From positions 1-22,751 of the forward strand of contig JAOUFI010000032.1 in the NCBI GenBank assembly GCA_029858305.1: DNA of 22,751 nt, in the 5' to 3' direction. The notes under the pieces are model-generated. The model was not told the DNA's origin. It saw nothing but the letters and a program-made list of their open reading frames with translations, and did no database searches. Source of the DNA: Candidatus Thorarchaeota archaeon (lineage in GTDB: Archaea > Asgardarchaeota > Thorarchaeia > Thorarchaeales > Thorarchaeaceae). Below are positions 18,570 to 22,751 of this stretch, piece by piece. Each line of letters opens with the position of its first letter. Position 1 is the stretch's first letter. A program made the translations under genes and the position numbers.

Positions 18570-19715
18570 TTGCCCGAAACTAGGAGGCTATTGCTGGAAT
18601 TCGACACAGACAAAGTCGGACATCTTGCTCGATCGGATACAAAAGAGATGAAAGCTCTCATCCGAGCCTTCACTGACTCATCCGACATAGTTAGAGAACG
18701 GGCTCTAATTGCTGCTGTCGATGCAGCAGATCCTACAATCGTAAAAGAGATTGTCAAAATGATGGATGATGATGTTGTTAATGTCAGAATAGCTGCAGCT
18801 CAAGCACTTGCTTTCTATCATCAACCATGCACAATTCCAACACTCCTCAAGGGACTCAAGGATTCTAATACTTGGGTGCGTTCACACTGCGCTTCAGGAC
18901 TTTCCAAGCTCTTAAACGGACCAATATGGGCTCGTATACCTCAGGATTCTCTCGATAAAATTTTGAATAATTTTCCAGATATGATGGATGAAGATATCAA
19001 TAGGCTACTGGCATCAATCAAATTAAGCCCAGCGGCTATTAGCAGGTTCGCGAAATGGCGAGCAATGAATTTTGATGTTGAGATTGATACCAGTTTACTT
19101 GTAGAGGAATTGGAAGGGGCACCTATTCTTTTAACTGATGAAAGGGTAGCGAAACCTGAAGTAGCAGGACTCTCTGAAGATGTTGAAAAGATTCTAAGTG
19201 AACTCCCGGAAGAAATAATTGCCACACTCCCTCCTGAAGATCTCAAACGTTTAACTCCCAATTCTGCAAGAGAATTAGTATCAAAGCTAAAAGTGTCTTT
19301 ACCCCCACCAGAGAAGAAGAAAAAGACCGTTAAGGTTCGCAAGGTGACAAAGGTAAAGAAGAAGGCAAAAGAACCAAGCCGTGAAGAATTTATCAGAAAA
19401 CTACCACCTGAAATTCGAGAATCAGTTTCAGATGAAACATTGAACTCACTCAGTATTCAAGAGCTGGAAGCTTTGCTTGCATCAACAAGTGATGTCAAAG
19501 CAATTGAGGACGTAGAAGAAGAACCAGAGCCGGAATCAGCAGCAGAAGTTGAAGATCCAAGAATGGCGGATTTCGTTAAGAAATATGGTAAAGAAAAGGC
19601 AGCCCTCTTAGTTAATATTCCCGAAGTTATGCTAGAGGGGATACCTGAAGAGCAAATCAAGGAAATGGACTTGGAGACTCTTGAAGGTCTTGCACAAGCA
19701 CTTGAACCTCGTTAA
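18570..19715 (+). CDS. HEAT/PBS-lyase repeat protein with C-terminal LPxE helical repeats and a Lys-rich segment
   Basis: HEAT signatures DSSDIVRERALIA, DDVVNVRIAAAQALA, DSNTWVRSHCASGL; TTG start after GGAGGAG. Confidence 0.88.
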   Translation: MPETRRLLLEFDTDKVGHLARSDTKEMKALIRAFTDSSDIVRERALIAAVDAADPTIVKEIVKMMDDDVVNVRIAAAQALAFYHQPCTIPTLLKGLKDSNTWVRSHCASGLSKLLNGPIWARIPQDSLDKILNNFPDMMDEDINRLLASIKLSPAAISRFAKWRAMNFDVEIDTSLLVEELEGAPILLTDERVAKPEVAGLSEDVEKILSELPEEIIATLPPEDLKRLTPNSARELVSKLKVSLPPPEKKKKTVKVRKVTKVKKKAKEPSREEFIRKLPPEIRESVSDETLNSLSIQELEALLASTSDVKAIEDVEEEPEPESAAEVEDPRMADFVKKYGKEKAALLVNIPEVMLEGIPEEQIKEMDLETLEGLAQALEPR

Positions 19716-19721
19716 TAGTGA

Positions 19722-21011
19722 CTATTCTGAACCACGTATTACTACGGCAAATTCACCTGCGAGCTTACCATACCATTCAAGCAGGTCTCGCATATTGTCC
19801 ACATGACGGTAAGTACCATTTCCATACTGCGCGATGGCTAGCATCAATTCTTCATCAATTTCACTTCGTTCTCCAAGACCTATGCTGTAAATTACTAAGC
19901 GGGATCTGTCAGGAAAACGCTCTTTGAGAATCTTCAGTGGTGGAGGACCAGATGTCGTCATGCCATCAGTAAGCATGATGAGCATTGTTGGTTTTTCCGG
20001 ATCTCCAAACTCCTCCATGATATCACTTGCTTTTGCAAGAGCTGATCCCATGTCTGTAAGAGTCCCGCCCTCTTCAACCTTATCTACAACATGGGTACTG
20101 ATTATTTGAAGACCCAATGCTTTCTCTCGACCTGTACACTCTACAAAAGGCTGAACTTCTCCTGTTTCTGAGTTGAGAAATGTCATTTCACTGATATCTT
20201 TCTCGAACGTTATCACGCCGACTTTCTCGCCATAACCGCGCCCAACTTTTTCTGCGAGATATAACAAGACAGCCATAGCTGCCGCTTCAGCGCGACTGAC
20301 ATTTTTCCCTTCTTCAAATCGATTAAGAAAGGCTTGTACCTCAGGACTATCACCAGCTAAATCTTTCAGACCTTCTCGTGCATGAGCGATATCTTGAACA
20401 GGAACATCCGTTGTCTTCATTGAGCCACTAGTGTCGACACAAAGAACTGCATTGAAAGGTGTGGCAATCCCTACAGTCTTAAATTCATAACCAGTCTTTT
20501 CGCGAAGAGCCTCAAATGCAAGCTTTGCAAAGTGCTTTCCTGAGAGGGCAGGCTTAGTATTAAGAATCTCAACCTTCACATCAAGCTCAGGCCAGTTGAA
20601 TGACATTCCAGGATAGACAAGCCGGCCGCCTATGATATTTTCGAGTGAATGAACCTTCTCGGCAGCTCTAGAAACAAGGTCCTCAGTATTGGCATCTTCC
20701 GTAAGAGGTTTGAGTCCAAACTCTACATACTCTAGCGCAACCATATCTTGATCATATAGTGCCACCTCAACAATATCGCCCTCCATAAGCAGTGATGCCT
20801 CAAGAACAAGTGTATCAACGATAATCTTGTTTTCAGATATATCATTACCCTTGCGAATCTCTGCAGCCCCCCAGAAACTACTCTGTGGATCTTCGAAGAT
20901 GACAATGGAGCCTATATCTGCATCTAGAGTGTCAGCTGTCTTTGGGTGGAGATTCGCAAAGCCCCTAAGGTCTCCACCATCAACAATTTCTAATTCAAGT
21001 TTCTTGGTGAT
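19722..21011 (-). CDS. Cdc48/p97 N-domain-like (double-psi beta-barrel) plus von Willebrand factor A fusion protein, about 429 aa
   Basis: vWA MIDAS: CVDTSGSM, GTLTDMG, MLTDG; also IYSIGLG. The frame stays open 75 codons upstream of the track ATG (20786) and encodes (I)TKKLELEIVDGGDLRGFANLHPKTADTLDADIGSIVIFED...KIIVDTLVLEASLLMEGDIVEV. GAGGAGG lies 8 nt before ATC 21011. Confidence 0.85.
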   Translation of the reverse strand: MTKKLELEIVDGGDLRGFANLHPKTADTLDADIGSIVIFEDPQSSFWGAAEIRKGNDISENKIIVDTLVLEASLLMEGDIVEVALYDQDMVALEYVEFGLKPLTEDANTEDLVSRAAEKVHSLENIIGGRLVYPGMSFNWPELDVKVEILNTKPALSGKHFAKLAFEALREKTGYEFKTVGIATPFNAVLCVDTSGSMKTTDVPVQDIAHAREGLKDLAGDSPEVQAFLNRFEEGKNVSRAEAAAMAVLLYLAEKVGRGYGEKVGVITFEKDISEMTFLNSETGEVQPFVECTGREKALGLQIISTHVVDKVEEGGTLTDMGSALAKASDIMEEFGDPEKPTMLIMLTDGMTTSGPPPLKILKERFPDRSRLVIYSIGLGERSEIDEELMLAIAQYGNGTYRHVDNMRDLLEWYGKLAGEFAVVIRGSE

Positions 21012-21019
21012 GGCTGTTG

Positions 21020-21065
21020 CCTCCTCTAGTCCAATATGTATTCATTTTGTGTGTGTTGTTATAAA
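21020..21065 (-). promoter_or_regulatory. TATA box and Shine-Dalgarno for the Cdc48N-vWA gene
   Basis: Minus-strand TTTATAA (21065-21059) and GAGGAGG (21026-21020) in the 70-nt gap after the amidohydrolase stop. Confidence 0.55.
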
Positions 21066-21081
21066 GAATATGAGGTTCACG

Positions 21082-22587
21082 CTATCGAAAATATGATACT
21101 ACTTTCTCATGTAAATTCTTGCCTGTTTCTAGTGTAACCGCGTGATCTCTTAAAGATCGTATCAACACGGAATTATTAAGCTGGGATGCGTTTTGAATCG
21201 TTTCAATCCGTGTCATACCTGATGTACTTAGGAGTGAGCAACTGAGCAAACTGTTTGGTCCTCTTCGCATCCAAAGGTGAATCTCTCGATCGTTGTTTTT
21301 TGTTCTTAGGGTCATCACATAAGAATCAAGGTACACGCCATTAAAACCACCTCTAGATACAGGCAGTGGTTCAGGCCATGTTCCTTCCGGCGGGAGCATT
21401 ACATCGAGAGAGCATAGATCCCAATCTTCTTGATTAATGAGTGATATGATTGAGTTTTCCAATTGATGTTGGTTTGATTTATCTTGGTCTAAACAGTCAT
21501 ACACGACTGGAGTGGCGGAACGCCCAGTTTCAGTTGCAAACGGTTTCTGAGCAAGCATGAGTGCATTCCCACCCAGTATTCGTTGAATATCTGCCAAGGT
21601 TCCAGGGAATTTCCTTGATAGGAGGTAGAGAATGATGTCAGCGGCCTGAACAGAGAGGAAGCTGAAATCAGTTCCAAAGAGAATTTTCTCTGACCATGGG
21701 CTGTTCAATCGACCTAGTCTCTCAACAGCAGACTCAAAGAGGACAGGAACATCTAGATCGTGCAGAGTAGATGTTTCAGCAAAGATAGCTGGGTCCCGCA
21801 ATGCATCAAAGAGCTGAGGATCACCGGGAGACATTCCACAATGAGCGAGAACGACTCTCAATCCCCTAATTGCTGTTCCACATTCAGGATCGTTCTTTAT
21901 GGACTCTACTAAAGTCTTAATTCGTAGAACAGTGTTAATATTCCTTGTATCAAATATAACAGGGATATTTAGCTCGCCTGCTCGCTTTACGATATTTTTT
22001 GTTAATTCTCCCTCAATGGAGTCAAGAAAGAGCTGTGCTAGAGGGTGAAGCTTTAGACCCCGCAATCCAAGAACCTGAACACTGCGTTCAAGCTCTTTTA
22101 CGGCTAAATCTTTCTGCCTTGTTCCATCCATTGGATTAACACGTGCAAATCCGATCATGCGTATCGAATGTGGCGCTCGAGTTGTCCACCCTGCAATTTT
22201 ATCATTTGATACTTTGAAGGATGGAGCTTTTGCTGTTTCAGGTTTTGAGTAATCATCAGTATAAGGAAAGACAATCGTTCTATCTACCAACCAGCCATGA
22301 TTCAATCGCTCCCAACTTTTGTGGCTATTGAAACACCGATTAGCAAAATCGCTGGGAGCGACAGCAATTGGCTCGAAAAGTAGTGCATCCTCATCTCTGA
22401 GGTTTTTTGCTATTTTCTGCATCTCAAACCACAATTGGGCATAGAATTCATATGCACCAGCAGGAGTATTCGTATGGCCTTTTTCTCGACCCATGTGATG
22501 ATGCGCATCTACGATATAGAGCCAAAATTCATCACCTTTCTTGATACCTCGTGAGGGTTGGTCGTCTATTGCTCGTACGATGAGCAT
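21082..22587 (-). CDS. Amidohydrolase superfamily (amidohydro_2-like) metal-dependent hydrolase with C-terminal extension
   Basis: VDAHHH, GFARVNP, GLRGLKLHP, VLAHCG, ILFGTDF; GGAGG upstream of the ATG. Confidence 0.9.
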   Translation of the reverse strand: MLIVRAIDDQPSRGIKKGDEFWLYIVDAHHHMGREKGHTNTPAGAYEFYAQLWFEMQKIAKNLRDEDALLFEPIAVAPSDFANRCFNSHKSWERLNHGWLVDRTIVFPYTDDYSKPETAKAPSFKVSNDKIAGWTTRAPHSIRMIGFARVNPMDGTRQKDLAVKELERSVQVLGLRGLKLHPLAQLFLDSIEGELTKNIVKRAGELNIPVIFDTRNINTVLRIKTLVESIKNDPECGTAIRGLRVVLAHCGMSPGDPQLFDALRDPAIFAETSTLHDLDVPVLFESAVERLGRLNSPWSEKILFGTDFSFLSVQAADIILYLLSRKFPGTLADIQRILGGNALMLAQKPFATETGRSATPVVYDCLDQDKSNQHQLENSIISLINQEDWDLCSLDVMLPPEGTWPEPLPVSRGGFNGVYLDSYVMTLRTKNNDREIHLWMRRGPNSLLSCSLLSTSGMTRIETIQNASQLNNSVLIRSLRDHAVTLETGKNLHEKVVSYFR

Positions 22588-22730
22588 TTGTGAGTAAATC
22601 CTCCAATTTTCCTCTTTGCAATTGTGTGATAAAGTATTGCGTTTTTCACTGAAAAATCATTTAGATTACTATCGGCACTATGCATATATCATCTCCTGCA
22701 GAGAAATCCATAGCTACCGAGGTCGTAATC

Positions 22731-22751
22731 ATGATCGTTGTTGAAGACATT
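22731..22751 (+). CDS. 5' end of a gene running off the window (MIVVEDI..., compatible with an ABC ATPase N-terminus)
   Basis: GAGGT at 22719-22723, then ATG ATC GTT GTT GAA GAC ATT; only 7 codons visible. Confidence 0.45.

Noticed and set aside
20995-21045. 16-codon minus-strand uORF (MNTYWTRGGNSHHQET) or a frameshift supplying the ATG for the vWA gene
   Set aside because: The ATG is only about 14 nt after the TATA box, so it is probably upstream of the transcription start. There is no slippery site, and the SD spacing points to ATC 21011.
2497-21677. Numerous 60-150 aa track ORFs overlapping the main genes
   Set aside because: They are antisense or alternate-frame overlaps of well-supported CDSs and carry no independent motifs.
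1-22751. CRISPR arrays, transposases, integrases, rRNA/tRNA
   Set aside because: No regularly spaced direct repeats, terminal inverted repeats, recombinase motifs or structural RNA signatures were found by eye.

Overview
Gene-dense archaeal window (GGAGG/GGTGA-type ribosome-binding sites, TATA-like boxes, many TTG/GTG starts). Gene content and protein style suggest an Asgard archaeon, probably Thorarchaeia (inference). 1-7.5 kb: a split peptide (Opp/Dpp-type) ABC transporter. On the minus strand it has a circularly permuted substrate-binding protein that the ORF track missed (1646 to beyond the window start) and two permeases; two ATPases sit on the plus strand. 7.6-12.3 kb: a helical hypothetical, a degenerate N-formylglutamate-amidohydrolase-like protein and a 1.14-kaa YbdK/GCS2-type carboxylate-amine (gamma-glutamyl) ligase fused to about six tandem Ig-like modules. 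This is the best candidate for an undescribed system. 12.6-18.4 kb: DUF92, a wHTH fused to a catalytically degenerate PfkB domain, an ECF S-component, stomatin plus NfeD, and a CPBP (CAAX) protease. 18.6-22.7 kb: a HEAT protein with LPxE helical repeats, a Cdc48-N-like/vWA fusion whose true N-terminus extends 75 codons upstream to an apparent ATC start, an amidohydrolase, and the first codons of a further gene. No rRNA, tRNA, CRISPR array or mobile element was seen. All family calls come from motif reading, not database searches.
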